Below, piece by piece: positions 38,659 to 48,387 of a DNA stretch of 64,000 nucleotides. Location of the stretch: the NCBI GenBank assembly GCA_963771795.1, contig CAVYUR010000001.1, positions 1,880-65,879 of the forward strand, read 5' to 3'. The position numbers were made by a program, and so were the translations under genes. Under the pieces are notes generated by a model. It had not been told where the DNA came from. It did not search any database and worked only from the letters and a program-made list of their open reading frames with translations. Positions within the stretch are counted from its first letter, which is position 1. Each line of letters begins with the position of its first letter. The stretch comes from an uncultured Chloroflexia bacterium. GTDB lineage: Bacteria > Chloroflexota > Limnocylindria > Limnocylindrales > CSP1-4.

Positions 38659-39027
38659 ATGTTCCGTGACAGCCACGGGTTCTCCGGGTTCTCGTCGAAC
38701 GACATCCCGAAGGCAAAGCAGTTCTATTCCGAGACGCTCGGGCTCGACGTTAGTGAGGAGAACGGCATGCTCAGCCTGCAGCTCGCGGGCGGGGGCAGGG
38801 TCATGATCTACCCAAAGGACGATCACCTGGCGGCCACGTTCACGGTCCTGAACTTCCCGGTCGACAACATCGACGAGGCGGTCGACCGCCTCACGAACGC
38901 CGGAGTCCAGTTCGAGCGGTATGAGGGCTTCGGTCAGGACGAGCGCGGGATCGCCCGCGACAATCCGCCGCCGATCGCCTGGTTCAAGGACCCGGCCGGC
39001 AACATCCTGTCCGTCCTCGAGGGCTAG
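38659..39027 (+). CDS. VOC/glyoxalase-family protein
   Basis: ATG with GAGGAGGA upstream; [13 protein letters not shown]...[14 protein letters not shown]. Confidence 0.75.
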   Translation: MFRDSHGFSGFSSNDIPKAKQFYSETLGLDVSEENGMLSLQLAGGGRVMIYPKDDHLAATFTVLNFPVDNIDEAVDRLTNAGVQFERYEGFGQDERGIARDNPPPIAWFKDPAGNILSVLEG

Positions 39028-39115
39028 CCGCGCCCCGGCGGTTGCTCCACCGCGCTTGCCAAGGCGGCGCTCGGCTGGACGCGATGTTCCGGAGCTTCGC
39101 GACTCACGAAATTGG

Positions 39116-39174
39116 TTGACACGCGGGCCCACCCAGGCGTATAACCAATAAGCGCTATCGATAGACGGTTATAC
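39116..39174 (+). promoter_or_regulatory. Candidate sigma-A-type promoter and nested palindromes upstream of globin gene
   Basis: TTGACA 39116-39121, 18-nt spacer, TATAAC 39140-39145. Inverted repeat GTATAACC 39139-39146 / GGTTATAC 39167-39174. Inner perfect palindrome CTATCGATAG 39155-39164. Locally AT-rich. Confidence 0.45.
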
Positions 39175-39205
39175 GAAATCTCCGTGTGACTAGGTGGGTA
39201 AGACC

Positions 39206-39649
39206 ATGCCTGATGCAAGCCTGTACGAACGGCTCGGTGGCGCGTTTGCCATCGCGGCAGTTGTCGATCATTTCAGCGAAGCGGTGGTGAAGAACCCGAT
39301 CGTCGGCGAACGTTCGGCGAACCCGGCCCTTCGCGAGTGGCACACGAACAACCTGGGTCGGCTGCCGGGTTTGAAGTTCATGCGAACCCTGTGGGTGTGC
39401 GCGGTCTCGGGTGGGCCCTTCGAGTACAGCCCGACCAATCCCGGAAGTACGCTCCTCGGCCTCGAAGAGGCCCATCGCGACCTTCGAATCTCCCCCGAGG
39501 AGTTCGACGAGGTTGCCGCTGAACTCGGGCGAACGCTCGACTTCGTCGGGGTGCCCCAAGCCGAGAAGGACGAGGTACTCGGTGCGTTTGCTGCGCACAA
39601 GGCCGAGGTGAACGAGGGCTACCTGGCCGCCGCCGCGGCCGGGCGCTAG
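39206..39649 (+). CDS. Truncated (2-on-2) haemoglobin family protein
   Basis: ATG 39206. SLYERLGG...; candidate proximal His in EEAHRDLRISPEEF. Confidence 0.75.
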   Translation: MPDASLYERLGGAFAIAAVVDHFSEAVVKNPIVGERSANPALREWHTNNLGRLPGLKFMRTLWVCAVSGGPFEYSPTNPGSTLLGLEEAHRDLRISPEEFDEVAAELGRTLDFVGVPQAEKDEVLGAFAAHKAEVNEGYLAAAAAGR

Positions 39650-39776
39650 GGGCCGACCGCCTCGGGCTGGTTCGCGTGTGCAGGCCGGTGGAGGCGCCGG
39701 CCCGCACCGCGAATTCCTGCCTCCCGTCTTGCATCGAAGAGTCCAGCGCGGTATTCCATGTCCTGGAAGTAGGGCC

Positions 39777-42598
39777 GTGCTGGAATTTCGGGTGCTCGGG
39801 TCCGTGGAGGCGCTCCGGAGCGGCGAGAACATCGCCCTCGGAGGCGGGCGGCAGCGCGCGCTGCTCGCCCTCCTCCTTGTCGAGGCAGGCCGAGCGATCC
39901 CGGCGGAGCGGCTGGTCGATGAGCTCTGGCACGGTCAGCCGCCCGCGGGGGCGTCGGCCACGTTGCCGGCGTATGTCTCCAAGCTGCGAGCCGCGCTCGG
40001 GACCGGTGCCGCGATCGAGAACAGTGCGGTGGGCTACATCCTCGATGTCCTGCCCGATCAAGTCGACGCGATCCGTTTCGAGCGACTAGTCCGGGAGGGA
40101 GGGGAGGCGCTCGCGCGCGGGGCCGTTCGTCGAGCTGCGGAGCGCTTGCGCGCAGGCCTGGCGCTCTGGCGCGGCCGCCCGTTCGCCAACCTGGGCGACG
40201 AAGGTGTGCTGCTGGTGGAGGCAGAGCGGCTCGAGGAGCTCCACCTTCGCGCTCTCGAGGAGCGGATCGACGCAGACCTCGCGCTCGGCGGAGGAGTGGA
40301 GCTCATTGACGAGCTCGAGATGCTCGTCGGCCGGTTTCCATACCGGGAGCGTTTCTGGGGGCAGTTGATGCTCGGGCTCTATCGTGCGCAACGCCAGGCC
40401 GATGCGCTGGCGGCCTACCGGCGGGCACGGGCGATGCTCGACGACGAGCTTGGCCTCGACCCGAGCCCGGAGCTACAGGGCCTCGAGCAGGCGATCCTCC
40501 GCCACGAAGTCGCTATCGCGCATCCGCCCGAGCAACGCCACAACCTGCCGGCCGCGGTGACGAGCTTCGTCGGTCGTGAGCTCGACCTGACCGAGGTCGA
40601 GCGCCTGCTGGGCACTACGAGGCTGGTGACATTGACCGGCGTGGGCGGGGTCGGCAAGACCCGCCTCGCGCTGGAGGCGGCGGCACGTGCGACAGACGAC
40701 TTCCCCGACGGTATCTGCTTCGTCGACATATCCGCGTTGACCGAACCTCGACTCGTCGCCCGCGATGTCGCTCTCGCCCTGGACATCAGCGAGATCGACG
40801 AAGTACGGGTCAATGACCTGCTACTCGGTCGGCTGCGCGATGCCACGCTCCTGCTCGTTCTCGACAACTGCGAGCACCTGCGCGAGGCATGCGCGGAGCT
40901 CGCCCAGGCGCTGCTGGCCGGCAGCGCCGGGCTCCGCATCCTCGCAACCAGCCGCGAGAACCTTGGTGCGCCGGGCGAAGTCGCCTATCCCGTGCCTCCA
41001 CTCCCGCTGCCGCCCCGCGGTGCCAATCTCGACGAGCTCCGCGCATCGGGTGCCGTCCGGCTCTTCCTTTCGAGGGCACGGGCCGCCCGGCCGCATTTGC
41101 GCGACGACGACCGATCGATCGCGGCCGCGGCGCGAATCTGCGCTGACCTCGACGGTCTGCCCCTCGCGATCGAACTCGCAGCCGCGCGCGCGAAGGCGCT
41201 CTCCTTGGACGAGATTGCGAGTCGACTCTCAGACCGCTTCCGCTTCCTCGTCGCATCGCGTCGCCTGATCGTGGCTCGGCACCGGACGCTGCGGGAAGCC
41301 ATGGACTGGAGCTATGAACTCCTCTCGACGGACGAGAAGGGGCTGCTGGTGCGACTCGCTGTCTTCGCCGGTGACTTCACGCTCGATGCGATTGCCAAGA
41401 TCTGCCTCGACGACGACGATCGCGCGTTCGAGCTCGTCGAACGTCTCGTGGCCGCCTCACTCGTCGTCGCCGAGGAGCGCGAGGGCGCGATGCGGTACCG
41501 CCTGCTCGAAACGGTACGGCAGTACGCCGCCGAGAGGCTCGACGGCGAGACGGCCGAGCAGACGAGACAGGCGCATGCCCAGTACTACCTCGCCCTCGCC
41601 GAAAGCGCGGACCTCACCGCCGTCCGGCGCCGCGGGCCCGACCGCCTCGACCTTGCGATCGCCGCCCAGGACAACCTCCGCAGTGCCCTCGCCTGGTCGG
41701 TCGCGAGTGGCTCGCTCGAATTCGGGCTTGGGCTTGCGACTTCGCTCGAACGCTTCTGGGTCACGAACGATCCAGCCGAGGGCATGAGGTGGTTCGCCGC
41801 GCTCCTCGAGGCGCCGCAGGCCGCGGATGTCGAGCGGCTTGTTCGGGCAAATGCCCTTAGGGCGTACGGAGGCGCCGCGGAGATCGCCGGGCTTCACGAA
41901 GTGGCGGAGGGGCTCTGGCAGCAGAGCTTCGACCTCTTCACGGAGCTCGGCGATGAAGGCGGGCAGGCCGTGCTTCTCCACCGTCTCGGTATCAGCGCGA
42001 TGCACCGGGGCGATCTCAATCGGGCACGGGAGCTCGTGGAGGCCAGCCAGGCGACCCACGAGCGCGGAGGCAACACGTGGGGGCAGGCCCAGACGCTGGG
42101 GACCCTGGGTGCCATCGCCCGCGATGCCGGCGACGAGGGGCGCGCCTTCGAGCTGATCGACGTGAGCGCGCGCCTCGCGCGAGAGGCCGGTGTCCTCTGG
42201 TGGGAAGGCGGAGCGCTCGCCGAGCTTTCCAACCTCTCACTCAACGCCGGCCGAATCGACGAGGGCGAGCGAAGCGCCCGAAATCCCTCGCCTTGGCCGA
42301 CAAGATGGGCGATCGTGCCGGGCGTGTGTTCGGGATTGGCCTGCTCGCACGTGTCGCAGGAGAGCGTGGCCAGCGTGATCGCGCCGCCGGCCTCTGGGCG
42401 GCGGTCGAGGACGAGGATGCCGGCGCGCCGTTGGGCGGTTGGCGCAGGCACCGCCCGGCATACGCGACGCTCATGCGGCGGCACCTCACCAATGAAGAAG
42501 GGACATCGGCAGACGCGCCTCGCCTGACGATCGACGAAGCGGCCTCGATGGCCCTCCAGCACGACGCGTCGCGGCAGGCGGGGCGCCCGACGAACTAG
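39777..42598 (+). pseudogene. SARP/AfsR-family regulator (BTAD - NB-ARC ATPase - TPR) with a 1-nt frameshift near the C-terminus
   Basis: GTG 39777 (VLEFRVLGSVEA...). Walker A GVGGVGKTRLA. Frame of ORF 39678.. degenerates after ...GRIDEGERSAR. The conserved continuation KSLALADKMGDRAGRVFGIGLLARVAGERGQRDRAAGLWAAVE... is in the frame of ORF 42077..42598. Switch near the AAA run at 42281-42283. Confidence 0.75.
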
Positions 42599-42603
42599 CG
42601 ACG

Positions 42604-42644
42604 GCTTGCAAGCGATTTGCAAACCCCCACGACCACGCTCGTGG
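42604..42644. promoter_or_regulatory. Twin TTGCAA-centred palindromes followed by a hairpin
   Basis: GCTTGCAAGC 42604-42613 (perfect), ATTTGCAAA 42615-42623, hairpin CCACGA-ccacgc-TCGTGG 42627-42644. Confidence 0.3.
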
Positions 42645-42651
42645 CCAGTCG

Positions 42652-43353
42652 ATGGATCGGGCGAACAGCCCCATCCGAGCACTGCGCGACGCAGGTGTAG
42701 GGGTGAAATATCCAAGCACGATCGGGTCGGACGATCGTCTGGGCGACGAGGCCCAGGTGCCGCATGCCCCGGTGATCGAGGAATTGACGGGCGTCGACCC
42801 GGTTCCCGTCAAGAGGCGAGCAGATCGCTGGCTCGGATTGGCAACCGCGTTGGGGATCGCTGTCATCGGGTTCGGTGTCGCTGGCCGTCTCGGTACGGCA
42901 CCACCTGGCGGCATCGGCCCCGGAGCCGCGGTCGCCTCGCCGGGATCAGGGTCGATCGGTTCACTCGCGGCGCCGACCTCGCGGCCGCGAGTCACGCCGA
43001 CGAGCCCGAGTCAGGTGGCGCCGGTGCCCGAGATGGCGAGGCCGGCCATCTCCGGCTCGATTTCGGTCCGCCTGCAGCCCGCGGCCTCCTCTGGGCCGAC
43101 GCGTGGAGAGGCAGGCTTCCTGGTGGACGGTCACGCCCCGTCGAGTGTCGAGTCCGTGACCGTGGACATCCGGACCTCGTCCGGTGTGCTTCTCGCATCG
43201 GCCGTCGTGCAGAACGCGCTCGATGATGAACGACCTGGCACGAACGGCGGACGCAGGGAAGGCGTTGGCCGCATCCACAGACTGATGTTCGTTCCGGGGC
43301 CGATCCCCGCGGGCGGCTGGCAGGTGGACATCACGTGGCGGTCGTCCCGCTGA
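42652..43353 (+). CDS. Hypothetical single-pass membrane/secreted protein
   Basis: TM helix WLGLATALGIAVIGFGVAG, Pro/Ser-rich linker, beta-rich C-terminus; start uncertain. Confidence 0.45.
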   Translation: MDRANSPIRALRDAGVGVKYPSTIGSDDRLGDEAQVPHAPVIEELTGVDPVPVKRRADRWLGLATALGIAVIGFGVAGRLGTAPPGGIGPGAAVASPGSGSIGSLAAPTSRPRVTPTSPSQVAPVPEMARPAISGSISVRLQPAASSGPTRGEAGFLVDGHAPSSVESVTVDIRTSSGVLLASAVVQNALDDERPGTNGGRREGVGRIHRLMFVPGPIPAGGWQVDITWRSSR

Positions 43354-43408
43354 GCCGGGATCCCTACACGGCGTCCCGACGGCTCGCGCGGTGCCGTCAA
43401 TCTAAGGG

Positions 43409-43438
43409 TTGACTTATATAAGTCGTCCCTTGTATCTT
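43409..43438 (+). promoter_or_regulatory. Promoter with perfect 14-bp palindromic operator for the ArsR gene; transcript probably leaderless
   Basis: TTGACT 43409-43414, 18-nt spacer, TATCTT 43433-43438. Palindrome GACTTATATAAGTC 43411-43424. GTG start at 43446, 8 nt after the -10. Confidence 0.5.
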
Positions 43439-43445
43439 ACGCGCA

Positions 43446-43835
43446 GTGCACGCATTCGACGTCCTCGGAGATCCCGTCCGCCGCCGGATCCTGGAGCTGC
43501 TGGCCGATGGCGAGCTGCCGTCCGGGGCGATCACCGCGGTCGTCCAGGCAGAGTTCGGGATCTCGCAACCGGCCGTGTCGCAGCACCTGAAGGTCCTCCG
43601 CGAAAGCGGGTTCGCGACCGTCCGGCCCGAGGGCACCCGCCGCCTGTACGCGGTCGACGCCGCGCCGTTCCACGAGCTGGACGACTGGCTCGACCACTTC
43701 CGCCGGTTCTGGGGCCAGCGCCTCGACTCGCTCGCGACCGAGCTCGCGCGCGGCAAGCGCGAGCGTCGCCTCCGTACTGCAGCTCACCAACGAAACCGAA
43801 AGGAGACCAGACCAGATGATCGACATCGTCCGTGA
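43446..43835 (+). CDS. ArsR/SmtB-family transcriptional regulator
   Basis: FDVLGDPVRRRILELL...ISQPAVSQHLKVLRESGF. Confidence 0.85.
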   Translation: MHAFDVLGDPVRRRILELLADGELPSGAITAVVQAEFGISQPAVSQHLKVLRESGFATVRPEGTRRLYAVDAAPFHELDDWLDHFRRFWGQRLDSLATELARGKRERRLRTAAHQRNRKETRPDDRHRP

Positions 43836-44471
43836 GATCGAGGCCATCCAGCGCGAGGTGGGCGAGGGATCCATCCCCGCCGGCGTCGGCCGCTCGGTCC
43901 GGCTGCAGCGCGAGTACGACGCGCCAATCGAGGACGTCTGGGACGCGCTGACGAACCCCGAGCGGATCGGCCGATGGTTCCTGCCGATCAGCGGCGACTA
44001 TCGCCTGGGTGGTCGATACCAGTTCGAAGGCAACGCCGGGGGCGAGATCGTCGCGTGCGAGCGGCCGAATCGGCTCAAGGTGACTTGGGCGTACGGCGAG
44101 GCGGCCAGCGGGGTCGATGCGTCGGAGCTCGAGGTCCGGCTGTCGGCCGTCGGAGACGAGGCGACACGGTTCGAGCTCGAGCACACCGCGGTCGTGCCGG
44201 ACGAGATGTGGGCGCGAGTACGGGCCGGGCGCCGTCGGCGTGGGCTGGGACCAGGGGCTGCTGGGTCTCTCGCTCCATCTTCGCGGTGGATCGCGCGTGG
44301 ACGATCCTGCCGCCTGGCAGCTGTCGGCGGAGGGGCGCGAGTTCGTCGCGCCGGAGCAGCGAGGGGTGGGGCGAGGCGAACCGGGCGGCCGGCGCCGATG
44401 CCGAGACCGTCGCGCGTGGGGTGGCGAACACCACGATGTTCTACGCGCCGGATCCGGACGCGGGTTCGTAG
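43816..44471 (+). pseudogene. SRPBCC/AHSA1-family protein gene carrying two 1-nt frameshifts
   Basis: Three frames are needed: MIDIVREIEA...ELEHTAVVPDEMWA (frame of 43816), then EYGPGAVGVGWDQGLLGLSLHLRGG...EGREFVA (frame of ORF 44117..), then RSSEGWGEANRAAGADAETVARGVANTTMFYAPDPDAGS* (frame of ORF 43974..44471). Confidence 0.75.
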
Positions 44472-44941
44472 GCAGCATCGACCGGATGCCGGTGGAGCTC
44501 GAAGACGACCCGACCCTCCGCGGCCTTCACGGGATCCTTGAGGTCCACCCCATCGACGAGGCGAACGAATTGCATTCCGAACGGGATGCCTCGCGCGACT
44601 GGCCCGAGGACGTCGCGGAAGAAGCCGACTCGTTCGGCCGGGTCCAGCTCCGTCGCCGCGACCTCTTCCTTCCGGCGGCGCACGGTGATCGTCGCGCGGC
44701 CGGCAGCGCGAAGGTTTAGCACCCAGTGAACCTCGCCCCACGGGGCCCACACCCAACGCCTCCCTGAGACGTCGATGATCGCGACCGCCGCGGTGCGGGG
44801 CGCGCCGCTCTTCCGGCCGCGGATCGTGATGAGCCCGTTGTAGCCCAGCGGAACGCCTGCGGCGATCAGGAACTTGAGGACGGGGCTGAATAGCGAGACT
44901 GAAAACGGCACCCTGGCTGCGCTGGCCATTCGATCATTCAC
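44441..44941 (-). CDS. DUF385/DDN-family (deazaflavin-dependent nitroreductase-like) protein
   Basis: ITIRGRKSGAPRTAAVAIIDVSGRRWVWAPWGEVHWVLNLRAAGRATI pattern. Confidence 0.7.
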   Translation of the reverse strand: MNDRMASAARVPFSVSLFSPVLKFLIAAGVPLGYNGLITIRGRKSGAPRTAAVAIIDVSGRRWVWAPWGEVHWVLNLRAAGRATITVRRRKEEVAATELDPAERVGFFRDVLGPVARGIPFGMQFVRLVDGVDLKDPVKAAEGRVVFELHRHPVDAAYEPASGSGA

Positions 44942-45034
44942 CTGATGGCTCCTTCGTGTGTCAATTCGTTGGGGTCCATGCAGGTGACCCGCGAGGTGGT
45001 GCCGACGTGACCGCCCCCAGGAAGACGCGAACCT

Positions 45035-45920
45035 TCAGCCCGCGACCACGGTGAGATCCAACTCGCCGAGCCGATCCGGATCCGCAAGGATGTCGATCGC
45101 GATGATCATCCCGCCCTTGACCGTGAGGGCGACGACCGCGAACGGGCTCCCATCGGGCGCCCAGGCGACGCCCCCGGGCACCCCGTTCACGAGGACTCGC
45201 GTCGCCGTCTCGGCGAAGCGTCGGAATGTCATCGCCCCCTCGGCGACGGGCTGCGCGCCGCGGAGCAGCGCCACCAGTTCCGGACGCGCCGCTCCGCCGT
45301 CGGAGCGCAGGACGACCTCCGGGTCGAGAACGGCCAGGAGGCGCTCAAAGTCACCGGCACGCGACGCCGCAAGGAAGGCGTCAACCACGGCCCACTGGCC
45401 ATCGAGATCGACGTCCGGGACCGGCGCCCCCTGAACGCGGCGGCGGGCGCGGCTCGCGAGCTGCCTCGCCGCCGTCGGAGTTCGGCCGACGATCGGCGCG
45501 ATCTCGTCGAACGGCACCGCGAATACATCATGGAGCACGAAGGCGACCCGCTCGGCAGGTGTCAGGGAGTCGAGGACCACGAGCATCGCGAGCCCGACCG
45601 AATCGCCAAGCAACGCTTCCTGCTCGGGATCGATTCCCTCCTGCGGACTCACGATGGGATCCGGGAGATGGGTCTCCAGCGATGCTTCACGCCTCGTCTT
45701 GCGCGCTCGCAGCATGTTGAGGCTCACCCGCCCGACGACAGTCGTCAACCAGGCCCGGAGGTTGTCGACGTCGCTGGTGTCGCTGCGGCTCAGGCGAATC
45801 CATGAATTCCTGAACGGCGTCGTCCGCCTCGGTCAGGGACCCGAGCATCCGATAGGCGATGCCGCGCAGGTGCGAACGATTAGCCTCGAAGCGCTCAGCG
45901 AGCCAGTCCTGGTCGTTCAT
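45035..45920 (-). pseudogene. ECF41 (SigJ-like) sigma factor with SnoaL-like C-terminal domain, interrupted by a 1-nt frameshift
   Basis: MNDQDWLAERFEANRSHLRGIAYRMLGSLTEADDAVQEF in frame of ORF 45687..45920. WIRLSRSDTSDVDNLRAWLTTVVGRVSLNML... in frame of ORF 45035..45748. Junction at about 45803. Confidence 0.75.
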
Positions 45921-46032
45921 TGGTTACGTCCTGCGATTGGTTGGGTCATCCCCATGGACCCGCGAGCCCCGGTAGATGTGACCGATACCGCCATCGCACG
46001 CGCCGGTGCCGCCGATCCGCCCAGATGGCGTT

Positions 46033-46734
46033 CTACGCAGGGCCGGCAGGCGTCGACGACCCCGTCGCGTACGCCTCCAGGCGCCGTGCCAGCTCCGCCG
46101 GCTGACTGAGCATCGGGCAGTGGCCGCTGTCGATCTCGTCCGGGACGATCCCGAGGCGGTCGCGGACGAGACCACGCATCCACTCGGCTGCAAAGAACCG
46201 ATCGTTCCGACACACCAGGAAGGACGTGGGCACGTCAGGCCATGACTCGAGTGGCCAGGGCTCGTTGTACGCGCGATTGGACGGGTGGGCTCGCTCGCGC
46301 CTCATCGCCTCGGCCGCGAGCTCGGGTGGGACGTCGTGGTAGTAGGTCGCGATGTCATCGTCTGGCGCGCCGGCCTCGTGGGGCGGCTGCTCGTAGCCGG
46401 TGTTCGTCCACCAGTCCCTGGGCGCCTCGCCTGGCGCGGGGATCATCGCCGTGACCAGAACAAGAGTATCGACCGCAACCCGCGCACAGATCAGTGGGCC
46501 GGTGAACCCACCAAACGAATGGGCCACGACGACGAGGTTCGTTCGGCCGCCGATCGCTTCGACGGCCGCATCCGTGTACTCCGGTAGGCCGGCCGATTCA
46601 TCGTCGGCTGGGAGGTCGACCGCGACGACATCGTGGCCGTGCTCCCGCAACTCGGCCTCGACAAGGTGCCAGTTCCAGGCCCCGTCGCCGGCGGCATGGA
46701 TCAGAACGAAGGTGGACGACGTGGCAGCAGTCAC
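46033..46734 (-). CDS. Alpha/beta hydrolase
   Basis: GTG 46734 overlaps the TetR stop (GTGA). FVLIHAAG...; nucleophile elbow AHSFGG. Confidence 0.75.
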   Translation of the reverse strand: MTAATSSTFVLIHAAGDGAWNWHLVEAELREHGHDVVAVDLPADDESAGLPEYTDAAVEAIGGRTNLVVVAHSFGGFTGPLICARVAVDTLVLVTAMIPAPGEAPRDWWTNTGYEQPPHEAGAPDDDIATYYHDVPPELAAEAMRRERAHPSNRAYNEPWPLESWPDVPTSFLVCRNDRFFAAEWMRGLVRDRLGIVPDEIDSGHCPMLSQPAELARRLEAYATGSSTPAGPA

Positions 46735-47456
46735 GGGCGGCTGCGCTCCAGCATTCGCTCCAAGCCGAACGTGATCAAGTCGACCGTGTTCCCCCACCAC
46801 TGGTTCGGGTCTGTCAGCCAGACCTCGGCCGTGTCCTCCGCGCTTTCGACCAGGTTCGGGAACTCGTCGCGGGGCAGGCTCATCTGAGCGAGCGCGAAGC
46901 CCCGTCGCATCAGGTCGAGTTGGTGGGGGTCGAGCGGCATCGCATCCGAGGGCAGGCCCTGTTGGAGCAACAGCAGGTAGCCCGCGAGGAGGTTCGATGT
47001 CATGCGGATCAGGATGATCGCGTCTCGCCGCGCAAACCCCGCATCGAGCAAGATGGCCAGGAGTCGCTCGAGCAACTTCCAGAAAGACGGCGGGCCCTCG
47101 GCGTTGTAGGCGATGCTGAGAGGAATAGCAAGAGGACGGGCGTCGATCTGCCGCTTGTAGTTGTCGATCTCCAGGCGCAGCCGCTCGGTCCAGGGCATCC
47201 CCGGTCGAACGCCGGCCGTGGCGTCCATTCCCTCGAGCACGACCTCCGTCATGGCGTTGATGAGGTCCTGCTTGTCGCGAACGTGACGGTAGAGGGCCAT
47301 CGGCGTGACCCTGAACTCCTGCGCGAGGCGACGCAGGCTGACGGCCTCGAGGCCTTCGACGTTGCCGATCTCGATCGCACGGGCCACGACGGCCTCACGG
47401 GTCAGGCCGGGCCGTCCAAGCGCCTGCACGTGCTCTGTGGGGTCCACCGGCTTCAT
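46731..47456 (-). CDS. TetR-family transcriptional regulator
   Basis: ATG 47456. HTH LEAVSLRRLAQEFRVTPMALYRHVRDKQDL. The rest of the 548-aa ORF is antisense to the ABC ATPase gene. Confidence 0.85.
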   Translation of the reverse strand: MKPVDPTEHVQALGRPGLTREAVVARAIEIGNVEGLEAVSLRRLAQEFRVTPMALYRHVRDKQDLINAMTEVVLEGMDATAGVRPGMPWTERLRLEIDNYKRQIDARPLAIPLSIAYNAEGPPSFWKLLERLLAILLDAGFARRDAIILIRMTSNLLAGYLLLLQQGLPSDAMPLDPHQLDLMRRGFALAQMSLPRDEFPNLVESAEDTAEVWLTDPNQWWGNTVDLITFGLERMLERSRP

Positions 47457-47459
47457 CGC

Positions 47460-47510
47460 TTGACAAGTATACGCCGCATACCTAGGCTCTTGTATACGCC
47501 GTATGCGTAC
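47460..47510 (+). promoter_or_regulatory. Divergent TetR/ABC intergenic region: candidate promoter plus repeated GTATACGCCG boxes
   Basis: TTGACA 47460-47465, 17-nt spacer, TAGGCT 47483-47488. GTATACGCCG at 47467-47476 and 47492-47501, the second followed by hairpin TACGC-cgtat-GCGTA. Confidence 0.4.
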
Positions 47511-47568
47511 AGCGGTAACAAGGGCAGAGTCAGCGCCATCAAGACCATCGAGCGAGAGGGAAGCACGG

Positions 47569-48381
47569 ATGACAACTACGCAGATCCAAGGGCCTGCGGT
47601 CCATGTGCAAGGCCTGGAGAAGTCGTACAAGGAGTTGCATGTGTTGCGCGGCGTCGATTTCGATGTGGCCCCGGGCAGCATCTTCGCCCTGCTCGGCTCG
47701 AACGGCGCGGGCAAGACCACGGTCATCAAGATCCTGTCCACGCTGCTCAAGGCTGACGCGGGGACCGCCATCGTCAACGGCTTTGATGTCGCCACGCAGG
47801 CCGCGAACGTCCGGGAGTCCTTCAGTCTCACCGGCCAGTTCGCGGCCGTCGACGAGATCCTCACTGGGCGGGAGAACCTCGTGCTCGTCGCCCGCCTGCG
47901 GCACCTCAAGGAACCGGCCAAGATCGCGGACGAGCTGCTGGAGCGCTTCTCGCTGAGCGACGCCGCGGCGCGTCGGGTGTCGACGTATTCGGGCGGCATG
48001 CGTCGTCGTCTCGACATCGCGATGAGCCTCATCGGAAGTCCGCCGGTCATCTTCCTCGACGAGCCGACGACCGGGCTCGACCCCGAAGGTCGCATCGAGG
48101 TGTGGCAGACCGTCAAGAAGCTCGCCGGGCAGGGAACGACGGTGTTGCTCACGACGCAGCATCTCGAAGAGGCCGAACAGCTCGCCGACCGGATCGCGAT
48201 CCTCCACGAGGGTCGGATCCTCGTGAACGGCACGCTCGCCGAACTCAAGCAGCTCCAGCCGCCCGCCAAGGTCGAATACGTCGAGAAGCAGCCGACCCTC
48301 GAGGACATCTTCCTCACGCTCGTCGGCGGCGGCGGTAACGGCAGAGGCGACGCCCAGGACAGCACCACCGAGAGCAATTGA
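47569..48381 (+). CDS. ABC transporter ATP-binding protein (DrrA-like)
   Basis: ATG 47569. GSNGAGKTT, YSGGMRRRL, IFLDEPTTGLD. Confidence 0.85.
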   Translation: MTTTQIQGPAVHVQGLEKSYKELHVLRGVDFDVAPGSIFALLGSNGAGKTTVIKILSTLLKADAGTAIVNGFDVATQAANVRESFSLTGQFAAVDEILTGRENLVLVARLRHLKEPAKIADELLERFSLSDAAARRVSTYSGGMRRRLDIAMSLIGSPPVIFLDEPTTGLDPEGRIEVWQTVKKLAGQGTTVLLTTQHLEEAEQLADRIAILHEGRILVNGTLAELKQLQPPAKVEYVEKQPTLEDIFLTLVGGGGNGRGDAQDSTTESN

Positions 48382-48387
48382 GGAACG

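Noticed and set aside
46731-48377. 548-aa minus-strand ORF
   Set aside because: Only the last 241 codons (from ATG 47456) are a TetR protein. The upstream part is the antisense strand of the ABC ATPase gene, reads as Ser/Arg/Pro-rich nonsense and crosses the divergent promoter region.
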